DNA of 35,076 nt. Source: Saprolegnia diclina VS20. Its lineage: Eukaryota. The stretch's first letter is position 1, and every line of letters starts with the position of its first letter. The stretch covers positions 1,582,981 through 1,618,056 of the forward strand of contig NW_008246068.1 in the NCBI RefSeq assembly GCF_000281045.1. The letters are read 5' to 3'. The notes beneath the pieces were generated by a model. It made no database searches. It worked only from the letters and a program-made list of their open reading frames with translations, and was not told where the DNA came from. Position numbers and translations under genes: made by a program. Of the stretch, positions 20,020-30,477 are shown one piece after another.

Positions 20020-21765
20020 TTAGGACGAGGTAGGAATACCAAAGTAGTGCTTGGTGTAGTCGTCCGCGTCAAAGATGAGAAACTTGTACGCGTTGAAGCT
20101 GAGCTCGTTCCCGATGAAGAAGTCGTTGAGGCCGTAGCGGACCCCCGCGGGGCTCTTGTGCGGTCCGCGCTCGAGGAACTTGCCGCTCACGATGCCCGAG
20201 TTGCGCTGCTCCGGCTCGTAGATCGAGATGGTGTCGTCCGCAAGGTAAAACGTCACAATGAACCGCCGCGCCGCTTGCTCGCGCCGACTCGAGACCATGC
20301 GCGCGCTGAAGCGGAGGAGCTTGTGGTCGTTCGTCGTCATCTTGATAAAGTCCTTCTTGGGGACTTTGGGCACCAAATGCGTCACGGAGCCCATCGAGTC
20401 TACGGTCGCCACAGCATGAGACATCGGGAAAAAGCTTGCAATGTCGAGCGAATACATACCTTCTTCGGTGCCGTAGCCCGTGTACGGCGGCGGCGCGGGT
20501 TTCTCGTTCTCCTTGGGCGCCGGGGGTGTGTACTTTGGCGCTTCGAGGTCGAGGTTCCACGCCTCCTTGTAGTACGCGCGCGTGTACTCGTCGGCGTCGA
20601 CGAGTTTGAGCGAACGGCTGTAGACGTTGAGGACGGCGCCGACAAAGAGGTCGTCTTCGTTGTAGTAAGCGTCGCGGCCCGTCGGCTCTTCGACGCCGCG
20701 GTCCTGCTCGTCGTGGATCGCATGTTCCCACGCTTTCAAGAGGCGCGAGCGCGACAGAAGCAGCGGGAACGGGTCCCTGCCCGAGTTGGGCCGCTCGACC
20801 TCCTTGATCTCGATCGTATCGTCTTCGAGAAAGTAGTTGAGGCTGTACGGCGTGAGGTCGCCGTAGAGCTTTTGCCGGTCGTCGTACTCGCACTCGAAGT
20901 GCAGCACCTTGCGCGCGTTGGATAAGAACTTGGCCTTCTTGGCGCTGTTGAGCCCGTGGTTGCCGAGCGTCGCCTCCATAAACGTCTTGAGCGCGCTGTT
21001 CTTCTTGCCGTAAAAGTGACCGGGCTCGCCGCCGCAGAGCTTGGAGATCTCGTCGCGGGTCATGGTGTACTCGTCCTTTGGAATCTCAATGTTGCGCGAC
21101 AGCTCAAACGCGTTCTCGGCGTAGTACGTCCGCGTGAACGCGTCGCAGCTGTAGAGCTTGAACGTGCGACCAAAGATCGGAAAGTTCATGCCAATGAAAA
21201 TATCGTCAAAGCGGTAATGGCCCGCGTTGTTGGGCTTCATGAGCTTGCCGCGCTTGAGGTACGTGCCTTGGGGCAAGCCCGAGTTGGCGACGCGGTTCTC
21301 GATGATCTCAATCGTGTCGTCCTAGTCGCTGTCACCAACCCATTGCACTCGATTGGCCTACGCGCAAGTAGAAGAGCAGCATCGTGCGGCGAAGGCGAAA
21401 GAGCTCAGCCGGGCTCTCGTCGACCGTCTCTTCAAAGAAGGCGTAGAAGCGCAGCACCTACGGCGCTTCGATGAGTTGGCAAATTTGCATCTCGGTGGAC
21501 GTACTTTGGTCGCATTCGCCGGCGCAAACTTGCTCTCTTCGAGCTCGGGCAGCTGGCCAATGTCGCGGGCGGTCGTCGTGAAGCGGCCCTCGTCGTGCTT
21601 GTCGGCGCGCGTCGCAAGCATCGACGGCTGCTGCGGCAGCGACGAGTCGATCATCATGCCCCGCACGAGCTTGAACTTCTGCTGCTTCCCATCCGGCGTG
21701 AGCTTGGCGGTGTAGTTGCCGCGGCCTAAGATCGGATTGCTCTTCTGGAAGACAGGCTGCGCCAT
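20020..21765 (-). CDS. EFHC1: EFHC1/RIB72-like axonemal microtubule inner protein with three DM10 domains; 4 exons
   Basis: Three DM10 repeats ('VLRFYAFFEE..YLRDDTIEIIENRVANSGLPQGTYLKR', 'VLHFECEYDD..YFLEDDTIEIKE..NSGRDPFP', 'LLRFSARM..FYLADDTISIYEPEQRNSGIVSGKFLER') and 'PPPYTGYGTEEDS'. Introns 21458-21504, 21322-21361, 20400-20459. Confidence 0.9.
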
Positions 21766-21789
21766 GCTGCTGCTGCTGCTGCTGCTGCT
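21766..21789 (-). repeat. (AGC)8 microsatellite directly abutting the EFHC1-like start codon (5' UTR)
   Basis: (GCT)8 on the + strand at 21766-21789, next to CAT 21763-21765. Confidence 0.85.
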
Positions 21790-22167
21790 CGCGGCCGACT
21801 GACAAGTCGCGATCGTTTTGAGCTATTTTTGATGCAATGTACGGTACGTTGTACGTACGTTTAATGTACTGCTGTACGTACGTCCCAACGGGTTTGTCCA
21901 AGTGTTTTAAACACGCCCGAGAGGGTGTTTCCAACCGCCTATGAGAGCGAGAGCGATACGCACGCACGCAGCCCTCACCCAAGGCGTCGCAGTACGATAC
22001 CTTATACCTGCGCATCGCGTTGTCCCTTGGTAGCACCAAATGCGCGCTTGGAGCTTGCAGAGGTCGTGCGCGCGGCTTGTCCTGGGCGACTTGTGTATAA
22101 AACAAATTCTGTTCATTGGAGTGTACGAAACACCACCTGGCGCATTGGCAGCAGCGCTTGGAGTGCG

Positions 22168-23172
22168 ATGGAGTCGCTGCCCGAAGCGAGCCCACCGTCG
22201 TGGCGGCTCGAGAAGCGCAAGTCCAAGTACGCGCAGGCGCGCGAGGTGCTCGAGGCAACCTTCTCGTCCACAGGCGTCGAGAGTGCCGTCCGGTCGCTGG
22301 AAGGGCTGTCCTTTCTGAGCTGGGACGAGTTCCATGCGTACCTCGACGCCTACGCCCGCGAGACGCACCAGGCGTATATCTCGCGCGATACGAAGCTCAC
22401 AGCGCGCTACAACAACGAGCAAGTCAAGCGCCGCGTCAAGAACTTCACGCCCGTGCCACCCGAGTTCAAGCATGCTCGCGTCCGGTACGCACGTTGCAGT
22501 GCTGCGGTGGGTTGATGGCACGCTCGTGTAGCTACGACTGCAAGCACTCGCACTCGAACATGTCCAAGAACAAGAGCTTGCTCAAGGAAACGCGCGATGT
22601 CGACGCGGCCAAGCGAAAGCTGCGAGATGGCGCGTTCTACTCGGCCTGCCCCGTCAAGATGCACGTTCAAGTGCACCGGAACGAGGCCACGCACGGCGAG
22701 TGGCGCGTCCTCATCACGTCGCACGTACGACTGGCGACGTGGGCACTGCGGCGCCTTACCCTTTGAGTAGATGAATGTGCACAACCACGACGTGTCGGAG
22801 GACGTGCAGGCGCCGGTCGTCCATGGTCCGGTCCGCCTCGATGTGCCACGTATGCTGCCACTCAAGCCCGACGCCGCCAAGCGCCATGAAGCCATGGACG
22901 AACTCTTGGGCTTCTTCGCGACCTACCAAGCCGCAAGGTACGTTTCGCGAGCCTGGGTGGCCCCATGTAGCATCATGACGTGCAGAGAGGACCCGGACGC
23001 GTTCCAGCGGCGCTACTGCGACCTCCACACCTACATTTACCAGTCGCTGTGCGAAGACGCACCCAACGACCCGATGGACCCGGCGTTGCAGCTCTTTCAG
23101 AAGCTCCCGCGGCCCCACGTGCGCAAGGACAAACGACCCAAGTACACGCCCCCAACCTTTGAGATTTTGTAA
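22168..23172 (+). CDS. FAR1/WRKY-GCM1-type DNA-binding-domain protein (MULE-transposase-derived fold), no transposase catalytic domain; ~4 exons
   Basis: 'FLSWDEFHAYLDAYARETHQAY..YDCKH...CPVKMHVQV..WRVLITSHMNVHNHDVS' matches the FAR1-like C-x(n)-C-x(n)-HxH pattern. Short GT..AG introns near 22485, 22725 and 22938. Confidence 0.7.
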
Positions 23173-23253
23173 CAACTATAGTAGCTATTCGTTTAAGCTA
23201 TACCATAGTATACGCTTAGTATGTTTTTTGCTTAGCTATCCTTGTGTGTGTCT

Positions 23254-24617
23254 CTAGTTCCGGCCCAACCACCAGGCGGTACATCCCAGAAGCAACCCTA
23301 ACCACGTTCAAAGATAAGGGAATGTACAAAACACCTTAGGACACCCCAGCTAGGCGTCGAAAGAGTGGCGGCGCTCGGGAGTGGGATGACGGACGCGGCG
23401 ACATCTAGTAGTTTGGTCATGTAACTAGACCATCTCCGAAGGACGCACCCGACACACAGACGGGATACTTGGCGTGCAACATCTTGATCGTGCCCTTGAC
23501 CGTGTTGGCGCAGTAGGCGGCGTCACTCTTGATGCTATCGACAAGAAGCCCGAGCTGCGTATCTGGGTCAAATTCAGGCAACGCGTCCAGAGCCTGGAAC
23601 GACTTGGTGTCGACGATGAAGAGCACAAAGTTGCAGCCGTTGCACTTGCTACATGGTGATCGTCCGAAGTGAACGCAAGTCGAGTAACCACGTACAAGAG
23701 TTGAAGGCTCTTGGAGAAGTGCACGTGACTCAGCACTGTGAGCGGGTTCCCGCCAAAGTATCTACCATGCACACATTGTCATGGAAGCCAATGACGCAAC
23801 GTTCGTACGCTTTTTGCGTCTGTGTAAGGTCCACGTCCTTGAGCACGCGGAGCTGATTGCGCTCTACGGACCTACTTCCCCGCGTGACAAGGATAAGACT
23901 TGAGAAGATCTGCGTACAAAATCTTGGTGGCGAGTGGCGCATCGATCAAGTCGGCGATCTGGTTGCCGTCCATCCAACTAGATCAGTTGTCCAGTTGCCC
24001 GTACATTCGATGGAAAATGTTGCGAGTACAATTCCTCGACCGAGAGTGGGAGCCCTTTCGGTATCGCGGTCAAGCTGCCGTTGCTGAGGTACCTACGATG
24101 TATGACATCATGATGATACGAAGTCTGCATTTTCAGGTCGTACAGTTCAGTGAGGCTGAGCGGCCAGCTGACCGAGGGCATTTGAGCTTGCATTGGGCAG
24201 TTCTCGAGACCACTATCCAGTCGACGCGTCGTGATGACGCGCACACATTCGCAACGACGTACAAGACAGTCAGGCTCGGCGGCAGTGCAAGCGTGGTCTG
24301 CTCCAGGCGAAACCCACTCGAGCAGTTTTGCACGAGCCTACCCCAGGCGTCAGTGGCCAAGAAGGTCGATATGAGTAGTACAATTTCGTTCCCTCGTACG
24401 ACGAGAGGTTGCCGATGCTCGCGAGGCCAGCGATCTTGGTCGTAAGAGGACTCACCGACCGCCACACTTCGCTGCAAAGCGCGTTGACGCGGCAGACCGC
24501 GACGCCGGGCGTGCAGTACGTGCCCGATGTCAAGGTGTCGCCTGTCGCGTTGGCGTGCGGGCAGGGCGTCGCAACACCAAGAGCGAGAGGCAAGTGCACA
24601 AACAGCAGTCGCAACAT
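23254..24617 (-). CDS. LRR receptor-like protein lacking TM/kinase, probably GPI-anchored; paralog of the ectodomain of the adjacent kinase; multi-exon
   Basis: Signal peptide 'MLRLLFVHLPLALGVA', Cys cap 'CP..LTSGTYCTPGVAVCRVNALC', LRR exons ('VSWPLSLTEL','LSNGSLTAIPKGLPLSVEEL','YFGGNPLTVLSHVHFSKSLQLL'), then 'KYPVCV'. Introns 23405-23448 and 23298-23344 give the C-terminus 'DVAASVIPLPSAATLSTPSWGLLLGCTAWWLGRN*'. Confidence 0.75.
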
Positions 24618-25107
24618 ACTCTGCTTCGAGCACTACGATTCAAAAGTGACGTTTGAATAACCCTCAACGCGACCGTGTCACACAACGATGTGTCCACGAT
24701 GATGGAGTCGCACGCGGCGCCTGGTCCGGCACCAACACTCGCAATGGACGCACACTCTACTGCGTGACACACACCCTTCTTTCAAGATCTTGGACCTCGG
24801 TGGCTGGAAGGAAAATGACTGCTGGAACGAGAGGCTCGTGTTGGCATCTATCAAGTCTTTGGACCTAGCGGCGTGCGTATCCTAGTTACAAAATGGGAAC
24901 AGCTCAAGAAGTAGTCTCTTTCTACACAGCTAGTGAGATTTGACGTACTAGTAGTGTAGTAATCAGAACATTCTCAGCCGACGTGCATTGTGACTTCAAG
25001 GAACTCGCGGTGGCATGGCACGTTGCACCGTGGGACGACCCTGAGCTGGACACGATGCTGCTTCCGACAATGCCTAGTCTTAGTTTCGAATCAGCGCCGT
25101 CTCGAGC

Positions 25108-27523
25108 ATGCAGCGCGCTGTATTGATGCTGGCTTCGGCCGCCGCCACTGATCTCTCGTGTCCGTACCTCTTGTCGCCATACAACGTATTGACGGCCGGG
25201 GCGTTGTGCCCGGCGAGCGCCATCGTGTGCCAAGTCGACAACCTTTGCCAAGTGACGTGGGCGAGCGTTGGCAGCCAATACAAGCTTGCTGACATTGCGG
25301 GCATCGGTGACTTGCGTCAGTACAGTCTGCAAAAGCTGTATGTCTTGGTGTAGCTTCGTCGGGTCTCATCCACCGTGTAGGATCCTCCAAAACTCGACGA
25401 CGCATCTCCAATTTGAATCCAACTTTCAGCTGCCGTCCATGCTGGCGGAATTGTACGTTTTCATGTGGACACGTGACAGTTTCAAAACTGACAAGTCATG
25501 CTGACAGCGGCATCGAGCACTCGCTTTTTCGCAACGTGAGTCAGCTCGACGGCATCACCTGGCCGAGCCTCACTGCGCTGTACGTCCTTACAATGGCTGA
25601 TTTTTATTCGGGGTCTCAACGGGGCGCACATAGGTACCTCAACGACGACAGCCTCGAACGCATCCCCCAAGGTTTGCCCAAGGTCCTCGCCGAACTCTGG
25701 CTCGACGACAACCGTCTCACGACCCTGGATGCGTCGCTCCCGACTGTCAGCAATGTTTTGTACTACTTTGGCACTTGCTATGTACATATAACTTATGGTG
25801 GTTTCTGTTGCGTAGCTCGGCCGAGCGCAATGCCATTCGGTCGATTGTCAACGTGAATTTCCGATCCGCAGCGCGCATGTACAAGTAGTATCGTGCCCGC
25901 AAGGCGCACTCATGGTGACCTTAGCTACTTGTCGGGGAACGCGATCTCGTCCATCACCAACACGACATTTGGCCAGGGTCTCACGCTCTTGTACGACTAT
26001 CGTCGATGCCAGGACGCGGCTCATGACTCGACATAGACAATGTCCGCAGTGCGTTGCGTCGATGCAGCTCACGATCAGTGCAGACTCGTACGCTGTGCTG
26101 CAGAGTCTCGGGCCATACAACGCTAGTACCAACACGGGCGTGAACTTTGGCAACCACGCCCTCACCAACAGCTCGAGCTGCGACCCCAAGGACGTTGCCA
26201 ATACGCTCTTTGGTCAGTACCCCGTGTGCATTCGAGGTACACCGACCGCTCATGATTGTCGACAAAAGAACGAACGACGAGTAGATGCACCTGGAGTCAC
26301 GCCCGCGACGCCCACTAAACGTGGCAACCTACTAGACGACGGACTGCCCACACTGTGGGTGGTTCTCTTGGTTCTGGGTGTACTTGTGCTTCTCTGCTGC
26401 ATCTTTTGCTGTTGTTTCTTTTGCTGCCGCTGTCATCGCGCCAAAGAGGATAGCGCGTCGTCGACGCCACCGAGCCAAGCGGCGCCAACACCAACACATA
26501 CAAATTTCACTGCACTCGAGCACCTTCCCGCACCATCGTGTCCGACCAACGTCACAATGCCGGGCGTCCCCTACGTCCAAGTCACTAACACGTGCAACGT
26601 CATCGCGGCACTTATGCCGTGGCAGCTCCCGATGGACGCCATCACGTACAGCCATGTTCTCTCAACCGGCGGCCACGGCCACGTCTGGCTCGGCTACTAC
26701 GAGAATGCCCCCGTCGCGATCAAGACGCTTCGCAACGTCCACTCGTCTTTGGCCCAAGCCGCCTTTGCACGCGAGATCCAGCTCATGACGTCGCTGACGT
26801 CACCGCACATTGTTGCGTGCATCGGTGTCACGTGGTCGCTGGACGACAATGACCTGCGGCTCGTGGTCGAGTACATGGACCAGACCGACCTTCGCGAGTT
26901 TCTGCAAAAGACGAATCCGATCTCGTTTCCGTGGTCGCTCAAGGTCGCGTCGCTGACGAGCGTCGCGGCGGCGCTGCAGTACTTGCACGCTCGCGGCATC
27001 GTCCACCGCGATCTCAAGTCCAAAAACATCCTGCTCGACACGGTCAAGGGCACCAAGCTCATGGACTTTGGCGAAGCGCGACTGGTTCGTATTGAGCCCT
27101 CGACTATGTTTCTACTCTCGAGTAGGACGCGCCCGAGACGATGACGGCGGGTGTCGGAACGTGTCGCTGGACAGCACCCGAAGTGCTCCGGGGCGGTCGC
27201 TACAGCGTTGCCGCCGACATTTACTCGTTTGGTGCGAAGATGTGCCGGCGCAAATGTACTCATGCTCACTAGGCATGGTGCTGGCCGAGATGGACGCTCA
27301 CAATATCCCGTATGCTCTCGAGCGAGACCCGAGCACGGGGGCACCGCTGGTTGATGCGGTGATTGTCACGCGCGTCCTGCAAGGCACGCTGCGCCCGGTC
27401 TTCTCGGCGGCGTGTCCGACCTGGCTGCCTGATCTGGCGCTGCGATGTGTGGACCCGAACCCTCTTGGTCGCCCAACAGCGGCGGACATTGGCGTTCTCT
27501 TACGTGGTCACATGACAGTCTAG
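25108..27523 (+). CDS. LRR receptor-like protein kinase (TKL group), catalytically intact; multi-exon
   Basis: Signal peptide, Cys cap 'CPYLLSPYNVLTAGALCPASAIVCQVDNLC', LRRs ('YLNDDSLERIPQGLPKVLAELWLDDNRLTTL'), TM 'LWVVLLVLGVLVLL'. Kinase motifs GGHGHV, VAIK, REI, HRDLKSKN, DFGEAR, 'MTAGVGTCRWTAPE', DIYSFG. Confidence 0.92.
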
Positions 27524-27836
27524 TAAGAACAACATCAATATTACACCCATGGTTTAGTCTAATTCGAGGACTGGATAACCCACCCGAGGTTCACCAACGC
27601 GATCTCCATAAACGAGACGGGCGCTACTGCACCGTACATTGCCCTTGTTGCGTCCTCGGAGCTAGATGTCGCGGCTGTTGCCATGCATGCAAGGTTGCGA
27701 TGGCACCTTGTTGCGTCGACAGCGCGCTGTCATCCTCGACTATGGTCGCTCTGCTACGTCGCAGATCGTGACCACTTCAACCTGCGCGCCATTGAGCAAG
27801 CTTGTATCCGGATTTCCGGATATCGTGCACATTTCC

Positions 27837-29415
27837 ATGCCGTGGGCTGCCAACAACAACCAGGCGGGCGAGCTCCGCCTGCCGTCGCACGCCGCCTTCC
27901 TCAAGAGCCAAGGCGCGCCGGCGCCGTCGCAGACGTTCCGCGCGCAGCTCTACCGCCACAGCACGCCGTTCGCCGTCTACTTGCACCCGAGCCATGCGCC
28001 GGCCGAGGCCACCGACGTGCTCTTCGTGCACCCGCGCACGCACGCGCAGTTTGTGGCGCAAGCGCGCTTCCTCGCCGACGTGCCTCTCGATGCGATCTGG
28101 TGCAGCGACGAACAGCTCATCAACTTTGAGCTCTGCGACGACCAAGTCGACACGTGGCGCTGGTACAACGCATCGAAAGACCCGATCGCGGCCTCAATCT
28201 CGCTCGAGATTCGACCGCTATACAAGGCGGCGTCATCGCCCGAGGCCATTGACGTGGCGTCCGTCATTGACGCCTTTCTGAGCGCCAGCGCCGGCAAGAT
28301 CGTGACCGAGAACGAGCGCGTCGTGCTTACGCTGGGCGCCAACGATTACTTTCTGCGGGTCCTCGACATGGACGCGGACGATCCGGACGAAACCGAGTTT
28401 AGCATGCCCAACGTCTTCCGCGCCAAGGTTGCGACGGTCACCAGCGTCCTTTTGACGAAGGAAAACCCCAGCGATGCCAGCTACACCCTGGTCAACGATA
28501 TTCGCACGACGCACGTGGCGCCCATCACGGCCAAAGGCGAGGTCGTCGACGTCTGGACGTCGGACGACGAGATGTTCCCTGTCAAGAAGAAGCTGCTCTG
28601 GCCGTGCATCAAGCTCACGTCGGCCGTCATGGCCGGCTTTGGCGTGCACAAGGACAAGGAAAGCGTCGTTCACGTCGACGTCGACTGCTGCACGTTCGAT
28701 CGCGTCCTCCTCTACCTCGAGCACTCTGTCTTGTACCCGGACGAGCCGTTCCAGTTCGATCCAAACGTCACTGACAGCCTCCTCCAAGCGGCCATTTCGA
28801 TCGGCTGCCAAGTACTACCTGTGTTTAGAGAACCGTCGTCATCCCTTCTAGGGCCTCGAAGACCTCTGCCGCATGCGCATGGGCGAGTTCTCGTCGCGCG
28901 TCCGCAAGCAAGCGATTCCGTACGCGCTGGTCGTCGAGAAGAACGCTGGCAACGACACGTGGCTTATCATGGACGGTATGGTGCTCGACATCACGCGCTG
29001 GCTCCCCGAGCACCCCGGTATGGTTTCTCTTGTCCATATCCAGTAACGGGACGCCTTGTAGGCGGCTCGCACCTGATTCCGGCCGAGGCGCTCAACATCG
29101 ACTGCGTCGGTATGTTTGAGATCTACCACGCTTCCAAGGCCGCCTTCCGGTATCCATACGCTTGGCTAATATGGACACCTTCCATCTCAAAATGCTAGGT
29201 ACTTGAAGCAGTTTTACATTGGCGAGCTCGACGCCAAGGAGCGTGCCGATGTGCCCAGTGGCCACTCGAACCCGCGCATTCCGCTGCCGTCGCAAGGCTT
29301 CCTCGACCTCCTCGCCCAGGTACGCATCGTCGATGCAGCATAATGCTGATGCCTCATATTGTAGTATACCAAGTGGCGCATTGAGCCCGAAGCCATCACG
29401 CACATCAGTTTTTAA
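27837..29415 (+). CDS. Fusion protein: NSF/CDC48 N-domain-like + SKP1/BTB(POZ)-like + cytochrome b5 heme-binding domain; ~5 exons
   Basis: SKP1/BTB-like segment 'VVDVWTSDDEMFPVKKKLL..VDVDCCTFDRVLLYLE..LLQAAISIGCQGLEDLC'. Cyt b5 segment 'DTWLIMDGMVLDITRWLPEHPGG..DCVGMFEIYHAS..YLKQFYIGEL'. Stop TAA at 29413-29415. Confidence 0.8.
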
Positions 29416-29511
29416 CACCGTGGTTCCAAACCGTTTAAAACACCCGATTGCCATTGCAGAACCTGTTTAAAACATCTCAGTATCGAATCTGCGCCGAGTT
29501 GAAGAAGGTCC

Positions 29512-30477
29512 ATGCGCACGGACTGCGCGATGAACGTCCTGGGGTCGAGCGACCTCTTCGCCCTTATCGCGAGCTTCCGCGATGGTCTCCTGGAGGCAAC
29601 GTACGAGCTCAAGCGAGCCTGCCGCGGCTGCTCGGTGCATGTCGAACGCGCCCCGTACGAGGCCTACCACGCCCGCTTCAAGCCATGGTTTACCCGCTAC
29701 GGCACGTCGCAGCTGCTCAAACTCTGCCAAGTGCACCTCTTCGTGTACGCCCTCGACTATGCCAACATGGACGTGCTGCGCTGGATTCAAACGACCCACA
29801 ACCTCGCGTGGGGACGCGCCCCGTTTGGCTGGGACTTGCGGCTCCTCGATGCGTACTTTTGCCCGGACATTGAATCGCGCTACTACTTTCGGACGGTCGG
29901 GTCGTCGACGCTCTATGCACATCCGCAGGCGGTGACCCAAGCAGCGATGCGCAACCACGTCGAGATCCTCGCCATCTCGCTCGAGATCGAGTGCAACATG
30001 CGCAGCGTCTGGATCGAGACGTGTCGCCATGGACACGTCGCCGTCGCCGAGTTTGCGCAGCGCGCTGGCTTCATTGGCTGGTCGTACCAGCACCTCAACG
30101 TCGCCGCGCGCCACGGGCACTTGGCCTTGATCCGGCACTTTCACCAACAGGACTTTAATGGCTTCAACGCCGCGACGATCTGCGCTGCCGTCGACAGCGG
30201 CAACCTCGCGCTCGTCCAATTTCTCTTGTCGCATCGACTTGAGGTAACGCTCGAAGACGCCATGTGCCACGCCGCGGCGAGCAGCCAACTCGACATTCTG
30301 CGCTGGCTCGTCACGCAGCCGACCGCGCCTCTCTACATGCACAAGGTGCTCACGGCCGCGTGCGCCAACCTCTGTAACGACGTGCTTTTGTACCTCGAGC
30401 GCCACCATGGCTTGCAGCCGACGCCCGCGGAGTCGATGCGCCTCGCTCGTCGACGGCAGCGCCAGCGCACCGCGTGA
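29512..30477 (+). CDS. Ankyrin-repeat protein (oomycete-expanded type), intronless
   Basis: Repeats 'QAAMRNHVEIL', 'VAARHGHLALIRHF', 'AAVDSGNLALVQFL', 'HAAASSQLDILRWL'. The N-terminus 'VLGSSDLFALIASF' is typical of this family. Start at 29512 or 29530. Confidence 0.85.
   Translation: MRTDCAMNVLGSSDLFALIASFRDGLLEATYELKRACRGCSVHVERAPYEAYHARFKPWFTRYGTSQLLKLCQVHLFVYALDYANMDVLRWIQTTHNLAWGRAPFGWDLRLLDAYFCPDIESRYYFRTVGSSTLYAHPQAVTQAAMRNHVEILAISLEIECNMRSVWIETCRHGHVAVAEFAQRAGFIGWSYQHLNVAARHGHLALIRHFHQQDFNGFNAATICAAVDSGNLALVQFLLSHRLEVTLEDAMCHAAASSQLDILRWLVTQPTAPLYMHKVLTAACANLCNDVLLYLERHHGLQPTPAESMRLARRRQRQRTA

Noticed and set aside
23417..23448. Stop at 23417 making the LRR protein a purely secreted or truncated ectodomain
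   Set aside because: This stop lies within a 44-nt GT..AG intron at the same position as an intron in the paralog. Splicing yields a sensible GPI-like tail.
27666..27836. N-terminal extension of the SKP1/b5 ORF from ATG 27666
   Set aside because: The sequence lacks coding bias and resembles promoter/UTR. ATG 27837 is preferred.
362..29415. Functional link between the 'Skp1 GlcNAc-transferase'-family gene and the SKP1-like/cyt b5 gene as an O2-sensing pathway
   Set aside because: The GT60 protein has a signal peptide and TM (secretory pathway) while the SKP1-like protein looks cytosolic. They are 26 kb apart and no prolyl hydroxylase is present.
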